A DNA stretch of 64,000 nt from a virus (Duplodnaviria; Caudoviricetes), in IMG/VR virus record IMGVR_UViG_3300032332_000934, positions 32,001 through 96,000 of that record. The stretch is one strand, 5' to 3'. The notes beneath the pieces are model-generated. The model searched no databases. It saw only the letters and a list, made by a program, of their open reading frames with translations, and was not told the origin of the DNA. Of the stretch, positions 26,106-34,634 are shown in pieces. Within the stretch, counting starts at the first letter, position 1, and every line of letters begins with the position of its first letter. Made by a program: the position numbers and the translations under genes.

Positions 26106-26634
26106 TTGATGCCACCTCTATGATTTCTATCGGCTCTACTATTCCATTTATTTGTGATAGTCTCTTTGATACTTCAAGTTTACATTTTGGACATGTCGCA
26201 GAAACCTCTTTTAATATTTTTACAAGTATCTCTTGCTTTCTTTCTGTATCTGATATCTGTGACGCTAACTCATTATTTTCAAGCAAGCCCACATCTTGAA
26301 GCATGGTAACTTTTTTGCCTTGAATGTCCAAAGCTAATTTAATAGCTGTTGCTTGTACACTAAGCTGGCCCTGCATCTTGGCTTCTTTTGCCAGGTCGTG
26401 AGCTTCTCTTATAAGCATTGCATAGTGTTGGTCAGCTGCAGATATAGCTTCTTTTGCTTTGTCACGAGCACCAGAGTCGTTTCTTACAACTTCTTTCCAT
26501 TCATCAATATGCTCTAAAACCTCTGATCTTTTAAGTCCAGTAGTTGTAGCAATTTGAGTTGGAGTGCTTCCCTTAAGAAGTTCTTCAACTACCCTATTCA
26601 TGCGATCAAAATGATCAGCTAATTCAATTTCCAT
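26098..26634 (-). CDS. HTH/helical protein, putative terminase small subunit
   Basis: N-terminal HTH (G.TPTQIA..TGL.RSEV), helical middle, CPKC; lies upstream of terL. Confidence 0.55.
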   Translation of the reverse strand: MEIELADHFDRMNRVVEELLKGSTPTQIATTTGLKRSEVLEHIDEWKEVVRNDSGARDKAKEAISAADQHYAMLIREAHDLAKEAKMQGQLSVQATAIKLALDIQGKKVTMLQDVGLLENNELASQISDTERKQEILVKILKEVSATCPKCKLEVSKRLSQINGIVEPIEIIEVASNE

Positions 26635-26651
26635 ATAGTTATATTATACTT

Positions 26652-26993
26652 CTAGTCGACTGAAATAGCAAATTCCTTAGCTACCTTTAGTAATATTAGG
26701 TATCCAATTAGATCATCAATATCATTATCTCCTGGGTATTCTTCACCCTTAATAAGTCTATTTAGTTTATCATCAATTCTAACGTATAGTTGCTCTTTTG
26801 GTCCCGCCTTTGAAAATATACGAACTGGATCTAGGGCTGAATTTCCATATGATATATTTTTTTTAATTAGCATGTGAGCTATATCAAGGCAGGTTGTTAA
26901 AATTTCATGCCCTGCTTCAGTTCCAACTGTAAGCATGTATAGGTCATCGTATCTAAATTCTTTTGAATCTTCAAAAACTGGATTTAGCTTCAT
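26652..26993 (-). CDS. nucleotide-modification-associated all-alpha protein (DUF1599-like)
   Basis: KKN..YG.S, RI.DKL.R, D..DLIGYL. Confidence 0.6.
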   Translation of the reverse strand: MKLNPVFEDSKEFRYDDLYMLTVGTEAGHEILTTCLDIAHMLIKKNISYGNSALDPVRIFSKAGPKEQLYVRIDDKLNRLIKGEEYPGDNDIDDLIGYLILLKVAKEFAISVD

Positions 26994-27130
26994 TTAATTA
27001 AACCTTTTTCTTTTAGGGCTCTATGTATGGTCATAATGCTTACGCCACATTCTTCTGCAATCTCCGACATTGTTTTTCTTTGGATAACATATCTTCTATG
27101 TAGCCAATCTTTATTTTTATACAATTTCAC
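26990..27130 (-). CDS. small HTH DNA-binding protein (46 aa)
   Basis: GTG start; MKLYKNKDWLHRRYVIQRKTMSEIAEECGVSIMTIHRAL. Confidence 0.75.
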   Translation of the reverse strand: MKLYKNKDWLHRRYVIQRKTMSEIAEECGVSIMTIHRALKEKGLIK

Positions 27131-27693
27131 CTCTTTGTTAACACTTCATTAGCATAGTAAGCAATTCCAAAAGAATCTGCAACATCATAATCTTCAACAT
27201 TTAAATTATATTTTTTGTTAAAATAATCTGCAGTTCTTTGCTTTCTTATATTACGCAACTTATTTTTGTACCAAGAATCTGCATAACCTGGATTTAATAA
27301 TCTAATAGCAGACTTTTCATCTTTAGTTGGGTTCTTATTTCCAATGTGTGACTGCCAAGCAGATGGGCTTATTGTAATCACTTTTGCGCCAGTTGACATA
27401 AGCTCGGCAATAACAACTCCATACACATAAGATAATTTTATCACAGCATCGGGTGATCTGACAAGTACTGCTCCTTCAACTGCAATGTAGTCTGATTTTA
27501 TTTCATTTAGAATAGAGTGTGTTTTTATCTTAGCATCATGAATTTTTTCATAAATATCATTACCAACTAAATTAATCTTACCCCATTTAACTGGCTTATT
27601 ATCTTCAATTAAACAAAACGCAACAGACGCTGTGGACGCATCTATTCCTAAAACTCTAGAGGCTTTTGTTTTAGACAGTTTAGCAAGCGTCAT
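27127..27693 (-). CDS. ruvC: RuvC-like Holliday junction resolvase
   Basis: VLGIDAS, IAVEG, P..W, D.ADSFGIA. Confidence 0.85.
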   Translation of the reverse strand: MTLAKLSKTKASRVLGIDASTASVAFCLIEDNKPVKWGKINLVGNDIYEKIHDAKIKTHSILNEIKSDYIAVEGAVLVRSPDAVIKLSYVYGVVIAELMSTGAKVITISPSAWQSHIGNKNPTKDEKSAIRLLNPGYADSWYKNKLRNIRKQRTADYFNKKYNLNVEDYDVADSFGIAYYANEVLTKR

Positions 27694-27964
27694 TTATCAT
27701 ACCAATTATCTTATCTCTATCTGAAGTAGAGTTATTCTTTTCACATTTTGCACAAATATTTAGAGTGTTATACCTACTTAAAGGTGATTTGCATGACTTG
27801 CAGTATCTTTTTTGGCCAGACCTAATTGCTTTTTTCTCATAATACTTTTCCATAATCTTTTTATTAGTTGCAATTCTGCAACACTCATCACAACAATACT
27901 TCTGATTGTGTGTTTTTGGCTCAAAATTTTTTTCATTAATACAGTCTGAATTTGCACAGATCAT
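27680..27964 (-). CDS. Cys-rich zinc-finger protein
   Basis: C....C, KYCC.EC, CKSC, CAKC. Confidence 0.75.
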   Translation of the reverse strand: MICANSDCINEKNFEPKTHNQKYCCDECCRIATNKKIMEKYYEKKAIRSGQKRYCKSCKSPLSRYNTLNICAKCEKNNSTSDRDKIIGMINDAC

Positions 27965-28752
27965 TACAGAGCAACCTTAAATCTTTCTATCTGTACCGTT
28001 CCAGTAGGTGTATCCTTTGAATAACATTCTTTTTTAATTGGGCAGTACGTACAAGGCATCTTAGTTTTTGTTGCACCTTCTGGCTTCATTGGAAGGTCCC
28101 CATCTTTAAAGTTATCCCATACCTCCCTCATCCAAAGAAATGTGTCCTCTATAATCTTTGTGTTCTTCTCATTCATGGATACTGGAATAATTAATATTTC
28201 CTGAGTGTTTTTATTCTCATAAAGAAAAAATCCCTCTTTAGCATTCTTAAGCTTCATGTATGTTAACAACTGTAGCAAGTGGTTCGGTGACGGGCTCATC
28301 TCTGCCTGCCTTGTATCCCATACCTCTTGTTTTGCAGTTTTTATTTCACCAATAACTGTTTCGTTGTCATATTCCATAATTAGATCGATAAACCCACGAA
28401 TTGGTGGATATTCGTTAACAATCTCTTCTTCTTCTGCAATCCACTGCGGCATAGTTTTAATTAAGTTTTGGAGTCTTTCATGAGCTTGAGTTCCCTGAGC
28501 CATGTTTGCAACTGCAACTGCATCATTATTATCAATGAATACAGCACCCGAAAAGGCCATATACCAATACCTTGGGCATGTTCCATGACCATAACCTAAA
28601 GAGCTTGGGCTAAAAGACTTCTTAGTCATTTCCCCATCTGCTCTTTTAGTATTCTTATATGACTCATCAAGCATTGATGCAAAAAGCTCTGGATCAAAGA
28701 ACTTACCCGTGTGCTTCTTAAACTTTAAATTTTTAACTATGTTTCTACCCAT
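27964..28752 (-). CDS. Cas4-like PD-(D/E)xK exonuclease
   Basis: CPR.W, GT..H, G.ID, EIKT, Q...Y, C.YCP...C Fe-S ligands. Confidence 0.88.
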   Translation of the reverse strand: MGRNIVKNLKFKKHTGKFFDPELFASMLDESYKNTKRADGEMTKKSFSPSSLGYGHGTCPRYWYMAFSGAVFIDNNDAVAVANMAQGTQAHERLQNLIKTMPQWIAEEEEIVNEYPPIRGFIDLIMEYDNETVIGEIKTAKQEVWDTRQAEMSPSPNHLLQLLTYMKLKNAKEGFFLYENKNTQEILIIPVSMNEKNTKIIEDTFLWMREVWDNFKDGDLPMKPEGATKTKMPCTYCPIKKECYSKDTPTGTVQIERFKVAL

Positions 28753-29090
28753 TACAAATTATACCTAACGACATACTTAAGTGCATCTACAAGTTTGTCT
28801 ATAGACTCCTTTGCTGAATAATATATATTCTTTTTATTATTATTCATGGTTCCAGCTTTATCTTTTGCTATTGTTGAATAGTAAGAAGCCATCATGGCAA
28901 ACTTAGTTGACATTGCCTGCAGCTCAATAATAAGCTGTGGTGCTTTAGCGGCAGGAACATCTGGGTTCAACAAAAGCTTTACAATAACAGCCAAGGCTCT
29001 ATCTAGCTGAGCATCATTCATATACTCATGCAGATCATTGAACTCAGTTATAGAACTAATTAACTCTAGAGTATTTTTATCCTCTGTCAT
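28752..29090 (-). CDS. hypothetical helical protein
   Basis: ORF; likely start MTEDKN. Confidence 0.75.
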   Translation of the reverse strand: MTEDKNTLELISSITEFNDLHEYMNDAQLDRALAVIVKLLLNPDVPAAKAPQLIIELQAMSTKFAMMASYYSTIAKDKAGTMNNNKKNIYYSAKESIDKLVDALKYVVRYNL

Positions 29091-29181
29091 TTTTAATCTT
29101 CCTGTCCCATTTGTCTGCAAATAGGCCCATGCCGTAACCAAATACAATACCTACCAGCAAACCCATTAAAAAAAATGTCAT
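29077..29181 (-). CDS. small membrane peptide (34 aa)
   Basis: MTFFLMGLLVGIVFGYGMGLFADKWDRKIKNDRG; TAATG coupling. Confidence 0.6.
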   Translation of the reverse strand: MTFFLMGLLVGIVFGYGMGLFADKWDRKIKNDRG

Positions 29182-29336
29182 TAGATAATCCTTTGAACTA
29201 TTCCATACCCTAGCCATAGGCCAAAGATACCCATCAATCCAGAAAATACTGGGGGGGCAGGAATAGGTAATTTAAATAAACTAAATATCCCACCTACGCC
29301 AAGACCCACCAGTGTTGTAAGAAATATCTCTTTCAT
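29181..29336 (-). CDS. XapX/DUF1427-like small membrane protein (51 aa)
   Basis: G..VG.IF...KLPIPAPP...G..GI.G..LGY motif; TAATG coupling to ssb. Confidence 0.75.
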   Translation of the reverse strand: MKEIFLTTLVGLGVGGIFSLFKLPIPAPPVFSGLMGIFGLWLGYGIVQRII

Positions 29337-29728
29337 TAAAATGGGACCTCTGCATATGTCTTGTAAGATGGAAATTGTTCATTGCTTGGTGCTTTATCTT
29401 TAGACAGAGTGTAGGTAGTTACAGAAATAGAATCGGCATTAATTTCATAAGAACTTTTCTTAACTCCATCTTTATCCGTCCAAGTGTCTTCATAGATTTT
29501 GCCAACAATTGTAACTTCCATGCCCTTGCGAATTACCGACTTTGATTGATCAGCTAATGTGCGCCATGCTTTTACTGTCCACCATGAAGTGTTTTTGTCT
29601 TCCCATGCACCAGTTGTATCATTTTTAACACGGTCATTTGTAGCAACTCTAAAACGAAGCCCATTTGATCCTACTGACTCTGGGTCGCTACCAACTCTTC
29701 CTACAATTGTAATTATTGGATTAGCCAT
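29336..29728 (-). CDS. ssb: single-stranded DNA-binding protein
   Basis: ITIVGRVG.DP, FRVA.N.R, W..V.AWR.LA, KG..V...G; C-terminal EVPF. Confidence 0.92.
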   Translation of the reverse strand: MANPIITIVGRVGSDPESVGSNGLRFRVATNDRVKNDTTGAWEDKNTSWWTVKAWRTLADQSKSVIRKGMEVTIVGKIYEDTWTDKDGVKKSSYEINADSISVTTYTLSKDKAPSNEQFPSYKTYAEVPF

Positions 29729-29746
29729 TGTTACTCCTTATAAAGG

Positions 29747-29783
29747 TGAGAAATTTATTTTAAATTCCTCATTGCTAAGTATA
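29747..29783 (-). promoter_or_regulatory. -10 element plus 5' hairpin upstream of ssb
   Basis: TATACT at 29783-29778; stem TGAGGAATTTA/TAAATTTCTCA; AAGGAG SD. Confidence 0.55.
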
Positions 29784-29793
29784 GTAAATTTTT

Positions 29794-30870
29794 TTATTTT
29801 TGTAAAGAGTTTCCATCCATGTATATAACTTCTTCTATATAATAGTCTTCACCATTTATTTGTGACTCTACATAAAAAGGTTCGGGCATAGACCTTTTAT
29901 CAAAATCATTTTTTGCTCCAGGCATAACAACATGCTTTCTTCCTTTTCCAGAAATTGTTTCCGCATGTATTCTTTCGTGTTCCATCTGAATCCATTCATC
30001 TATACCAAATTTTTCTGCAGATGAATTCCAATTTTTGCTACCAGGGTAAGACCAAGTTAAAAAATGTCTAACAAAGTATTTTGGAACATCTGATTTTATT
30101 GGCATGGCTGCATGCTGAAAAGGATTTGAAGATGGAAATATTACTATGTCTCCAGCCTTTGGCTTATAAACAATAACCTTGTCTTCTCCATGTTTTAAGA
30201 ATGCTATTTCTCCACCTTCGTAGTCGTCATTTAAATATATTGTTACTGATAATATTGATTTAGGACCAGGCGCTTCATCTAAACTCTCATTTCTATCTGT
30301 GTGCCATCCTATTGCATACTCTCTATCTGTTGCAGGATCATGCTTTAGCAAGTCATAGGAGCTTGCAGACCAACCGCTAGATGGATTTCTGAAAACTGGA
30401 TCTCCCGTGTCATCACATGTTACAATTTTAAGTCCAACCATGTTGTCAACGCTTTCACCTTTTTCAAGTTCATAAAAGTCTACAAAGTCTGAGTAATCTT
30501 TTTTCCTATCGACACCCTTTTCTAAATTAGAAAAATCAACATACTCTGGCCAAGATCGCTGTCCCTCATCTAAGTATTTAGATATGTAATCTTTTACACA
30601 TTTGTCAATTACTGATTTAACTTTAATGTGTGCATCGGTATAAATATTGTCTAGGTCTTCAGTTACAGAATTTATTTCTTTTCTTGGATCAATAAATTTT
30701 GTTTTTTTACCAAACGTATACCAGTCTTCCCACTCATTAATTAGGTATCCTTCTTTTATGCTTTCTGAAGATTTTACAACTTCAAGTATTTCTTTAGCAT
30801 CAAAGTCTTCAACCTGATAAACAATGCACTGATTAAAAATTTTATAACTATTCAAAATCTTTTCTCCCAT
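29794..30870 (-). CDS. 2OG-Fe(II) oxygenase (P4H-like), tandem paralog 3
   Basis: WHTD..PGPK..TIYLNDDYEGGE..YKPKAGD..FPS..HAA..KY. Confidence 0.88.
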   Translation of the reverse strand: MGEKILNSYKIFNQCIVYQVEDFDAKEILEVVKSSESIKEGYLINEWEDWYTFGKKTKFIDPRKEINSVTEDLDNIYTDAHIKVKSVIDKCVKDYISKYLDEGQRSWPEYVDFSNLEKGVDRKKDYSDFVDFYELEKGESVDNMVGLKIVTCDDTGDPVFRNPSSGWSASSYDLLKHDPATDREYAIGWHTDRNESLDEAPGPKSILSVTIYLNDDYEGGEIAFLKHGEDKVIVYKPKAGDIVIFPSSNPFQHAAMPIKSDVPKYFVRHFLTWSYPGSKNWNSSAEKFGIDEWIQMEHERIHAETISGKGRKHVVMPGAKNDFDKRSMPEPFYVESQINGEDYYIEEVIYMDGNSLQK

Positions 30871-31936
30871 CTATATATTTTAAATTTTCTGCAAAAAACG
30901 GTTGTCTATTTATACTAGATTGTTTTCTATAAATTTTTGACCAATTTTTAAATGTTTCTTGCGGATTATCTCCTGGTAAAAGCACGTGTCTTTCATGCAT
31001 TCCAGAGTTATCTTCAGCTATAATCCTGTACTGCTGCATTTTTTTCCATACATCTTCTCCATACTCCTGAAGACCATCTAAATAATCTTGTGTTCCTTCA
31101 TAATAATAGCACAAAAAGTATCTAATTAAGTATTTTTTTCCACCGCTTACTGGTAGTGCGGCATGAAAAAATGGGTTGTAAGATGGGAATACAGTTATGT
31201 CACCAGCTTTTGGCTTGTATGTTATAACAGAAGAACTTCTGTCGGCAAGGAAGGAAACCTCTCCACCCTCATAATCATCATTTAAATAAATTGTTGCAGT
31301 TAGAATTGGCTTAGGACCTGGCATGGAAACCATACTGGCCTTGTTGTCTGTATGAAATCCAATTGCATACTCACGATTATTTCTAGTATCAGTTTCAGAG
31401 TTGTGACTCAAAACATCGTAGGAGCTTTGAAGCCAACCCGTACCTATCTTGCCAGACCTTTCTCTTATATTCCAGTCTGGTAACCATTCTGGAAAAATTG
31501 ATTGCTTATACTCCCAATCATCATTAAAATAAGATTGATCAAATGGCTTATCTACCCAATGATCTAGGTAATCCTTCATTGCAGAATAAACTGCAGAATC
31601 AATTTCAAAATAAAGCTTTTCTTGCTCATAAAAAATTTTGTCTTCTTCTTCTGACAACATGTTCAAATGCTCAGAGTTTAATGTTATTAAATTTTTTGTT
31701 TCTGAGTGTGGGTAAAGCCTAGACTTTAATCCAAAATCATACCATCTCTCCCATTTACTCAAGTATGGTCCAACTTTTTCAAGTGACTCTGATTTTTTTA
31801 TTACTGAAAGTGCTTGCTCTGGATTTTTAATACCGCCAGAATAAACAGAGATGTAAGGGAAAAGGTCATGTCTTTTTGAAAGGTCATGGTTTTCTTCGTA
31901 CCCAGGAGCAAATTCTGGTTGTCCTTCCCACATCAT
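30848..31936 (-). CDS. 2OG-Fe(II) oxygenase (P4H-like), tandem paralog 2
   Basis: FHTD..PGPK..TIYLNDDYEGGE..YKPKAGD..FPS..HAA..KY. Confidence 0.88.
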   Translation of the reverse strand: MMWEGQPEFAPGYEENHDLSKRHDLFPYISVYSGGIKNPEQALSVIKKSESLEKVGPYLSKWERWYDFGLKSRLYPHSETKNLITLNSEHLNMLSEEEDKIFYEQEKLYFEIDSAVYSAMKDYLDHWVDKPFDQSYFNDDWEYKQSIFPEWLPDWNIRERSGKIGTGWLQSSYDVLSHNSETDTRNNREYAIGFHTDNKASMVSMPGPKPILTATIYLNDDYEGGEVSFLADRSSSVITYKPKAGDITVFPSYNPFFHAALPVSGGKKYLIRYFLCYYYEGTQDYLDGLQEYGEDVWKKMQQYRIIAEDNSGMHERHVLLPGDNPQETFKNWSKIYRKQSSINRQPFFAENLKYIDGRKDFE

Positions 31937-32925
31937 ACATCACCTTCTATTTTTTTATTAAAATCTACTATGTCTTTAACAAAGAAAGGGTCGCCGTGCT
32001 GCTCTTGTGTAGATCTATCTTCATTTTTAAGAAAAACTCTTTTGGTGTAGTATCCCATTGCAGACTCAATCTTTCTTTTTTCAGTATAAAACTTTATTGT
32101 AAAATCTTCTCCGTTTGCTCTGACATCATTTTGCCATTGATCTGATCCAGTGCTCTTCCATCTTAAAAATTTTCTAGCTAAATACTTAGGTGTATCCCCA
32201 CTTAATGGTAGAGCAGCATGAAAGAATGGCTTTGATGATGGGAATATAACAAGGTCGCCAGCGGAGGGCTTATAGTTTACTATAGTTCCATCAAACTCAT
32301 TTAGATAAGAAACTCCACCACCTTCATAGTCATCGTTTATATAAATGGTAGCAGTAAGTACTGTTTTTGGCCCAGGTGTATCAAAGCTTCCGTCTGTGTC
32401 AATATGATATCCTATTGCAAATCTATCCACGGTATTTTCTTTGTGCTTTAAAATATCTATTCCAGATCTTATCCAGCCAGGATTTCCAGTAGCAACCATT
32501 ACTGTTTCGCAAGACTCGAAGTCTTCTTTTAGGTCTACCAAATCTGTTTTGTAGTTCCAATTTTTAACAAACTCTGGGAATATGTTTTTCCAATGTTCTG
32601 GATTTGTTGTCTTATACGCACTAGCATTATCATCTAGAATCCAATATTTTATATACTCATCTAGACCAGCATTAATTAAATTATTAAATTCATCAAGTAC
32701 GTTTTTACCTGGGTGAAGGTCCTTATCTGATTGCATATATATATCATGTAAATTTGCTTTTATTCCAAAATTATCCCATGCGCTCCAAGAATACATGGAG
32801 TCATCGCTATTAATTTGTCCTTCAGAAGATTTAATTATTTCTAAAAAATCTTTAGGGTTTTTAATTGCGTTTTTATATAACGTAACAAAGGGCATTATCT
32901 GGTGCTTTTCATTTAAACTAAACAT
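31933..32925 (-). CDS. 2OG-Fe(II) oxygenase (P4H-like), tandem paralog 1
   Basis: YHID..PGPK..TIYINDDYEGG..YKPSAGD..FPS..HAA..KY. Confidence 0.88.
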   Translation of the reverse strand: MFSLNEKHQIMPFVTLYKNAIKNPKDFLEIIKSSEGQINSDDSMYSWSAWDNFGIKANLHDIYMQSDKDLHPGKNVLDEFNNLINAGLDEYIKYWILDDNASAYKTTNPEHWKNIFPEFVKNWNYKTDLVDLKEDFESCETVMVATGNPGWIRSGIDILKHKENTVDRFAIGYHIDTDGSFDTPGPKTVLTATIYINDDYEGGGVSYLNEFDGTIVNYKPSAGDLVIFPSSKPFFHAALPLSGDTPKYLARKFLRWKSTGSDQWQNDVRANGEDFTIKFYTEKRKIESAMGYYTKRVFLKNEDRSTQEQHGDPFFVKDIVDFNKKIEGDV

Positions 32926-33223
32926 GTTTTTCCTCCCAGAAATCAATCAGCTCTTCCAACACTGACCATTCTATTATACCAAGCCTTACCTTATTATCTG
33001 ATCCTATTATAATTTTAAGTGCTGGGTGCATATCTCTATCAACTTTAAAAGTATCTGTACATATTTTAGCCCACACAAGTTTATTTAAATTAAATGAAGA
33101 TTTAGATTCTTTATAGTCAACAAGAAACATTTTCCATTTAGCGTCACCTTTTTGATAATCACCTCGACCACTATTTTTTTGAGCCTTAGCACCGTCTCTT
33201 TTTACTTCCGATCTTTCCGACAT
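32918..33223 (-). CDS. PD-(D/E)xK endonuclease (Hjc-like resolvase candidate)
   Basis: E......NSG....KGD......DYK. Confidence 0.65.
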   Translation of the reverse strand: MSERSEVKRDGAKAQKNSGRGDYQKGDAKWKMFLVDYKESKSSFNLNKLVWAKICTDTFKVDRDMHPALKIIIGSDNKVRLGIIEWSVLEELIDFWEEKHV

Positions 33224-33414
33224 TATCCTACCCTATGGATTGTTTCATGCCCATCAGAACAAGTCCACTTCATTATTAAATTGTCGGGATCCCACCACCC
33301 ACCATCTACATCTATATCACATTTAGAGCATGGTCTAAAACCGCTAAGAATTTCAAATGCAGAATTGATATCCTTACGCTCTTGTTTATTTAAAAACTCA
33401 TTAAGATCTGGCAC
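33223..33414 (-). CDS. small zinc-binding protein
   Basis: CSKC...W.C..GH. Confidence 0.7.
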   Translation of the reverse strand: MPDLNEFLNKQERKDINSAFEILSGFRPCSKCDIDVDGGWWDPDNLIMKWTCSDGHETIHRVG

Positions 33415-34405
33415 TTATTTCCTTAATTAAATAGTCTACAACTTCTGGGTTTTCTTTTAGGTAGGCAACGGCTTTTGCTCTTCCTTGGAATCTTTCTTTA
33501 TTTATAGTATACCAGGCCCCACCCTTTTCAACAATACCGCACATTTCTGCAACGTCTAAGGTCTCACCAACATAATCTATGCCGAGAGTTTCTCCTTGGT
33601 AGTAAAAGTCGTATTGGCCAGAAAGGTTAGGGGGACCGAGTTTGTTGTAATCAACAATCCAGTTGACGGGCCTTCCAACTCTTTGCTCAATAATCTTGTC
33701 GCCAACCTTAACACCTGCTTTAATAGCGTTAGCCTCAGCTTCTGAAGACCAGAGCTTGATAACGGTAGATGAGAAGAACTTAACAGCCATTCCTCCTGTT
33801 GGGATGTGGCTTGCATGCATAGATCCAAATTGATTTCTTTGCTGCGATATAAGAACGAGTAACGTATTTTTGTTTGCATAGTTTAACATCTTGACTGCGT
33901 GAGTCATATCCTTTGCTTCTGCGCCGATTTGTTTGGTGTCTTGCAAATCTTTCATTTCATTTCCATCTTTTTCAAAATAGATTGCTGGTAATAAAGCTGA
34001 GATAGAGTCTACTACAATTATGTCAACACCTGCCTCCATTAGTTTTGTTGCAACATCAACCATATCGTTTACAGTTTTTGCTGAAGAGTAGATTAATTCT
34101 TTTGAGTTTACTCCTAGTTTTTCAGCCCATGCTGGATCATAAGAATGCTCTGCGTCAATCCAGGCGCAAGTCTTTCCTTCTTTTTGAGCTAATGCAATCA
34201 TCTGCAAACAGAAAGAAGACTTTCCAGCAGATTTGTTTCCCCATACAAGAATTTGTCTGCCGTAAGCAAATCCACCATTAAGGGCAAAGTTTAGACCTAT
34301 ACTAGAAGTGGGCTGTCTATCCACCTGTATATCAACAGCAGATTGTACTCTAGCTCTAGTCTTGGGATCTAGCTTTGCTAAGATGTCATCTAAGTTAATA
34401 TCCAT
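33401..34405 (-). CDS. recA: RecA-like recombinase
   Basis: GNKSAGKS Walker A, IDAEH, IVVDSI.AL, GG.A.KF, K.GAWY. Confidence 0.93.
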   Translation of the reverse strand: MDINLDDILAKLDPKTRARVQSAVDIQVDRQPTSSIGLNFALNGGFAYGRQILVWGNKSAGKSSFCLQMIALAQKEGKTCAWIDAEHSYDPAWAEKLGVNSKELIYSSAKTVNDMVDVATKLMEAGVDIIVVDSISALLPAIYFEKDGNEMKDLQDTKQIGAEAKDMTHAVKMLNYANKNTLLVLISQQRNQFGSMHASHIPTGGMAVKFFSSTVIKLWSSEAEANAIKAGVKVGDKIIEQRVGRPVNWIVDYNKLGPPNLSGQYDFYYQGETLGIDYVGETLDVAEMCGIVEKGGAWYTINKERFQGRAKAVAYLKENPEVVDYLIKEISARS

Positions 34406-34409
34406 TTAA

Positions 34410-34634
34410 TTAATTAGATATCACTTCAAGGTTAGGATCTGTGTCCTTATCCTCAATCTTAAACTCAAAAGACAATGTCTCATTGTTATAAGTTACTGAT
34501 AGCTGAGCATCCTCGCTATTTGCCGTTAAAAAATCTGCTGTTGGTATCTCAATAGATCCTATTTTGTTTAATATAGCAACTAGAACTCTAGATGAGTTCA
34601 TTGTCTTAAATACATCTTCAGTACTATCTGTCAT
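34410..34634 (-). CDS. hypothetical protein
   Basis: 74 aa ORF, ATGA overlap with dnaE stop. Confidence 0.7.
   Translation of the reverse strand: MTDSTEDVFKTMNSSRVLVAILNKIGSIEIPTADFLTANSEDAQLSVTYNNETLSFEFKIEDKDTDPNLEVISN

Noticed and set aside
27964-28752. Cas4 as evidence of a CRISPR-Cas system
   Set aside because: No cas1/cas2 or array; stand-alone Cas4-like nucleases are normal in phage recombination modules
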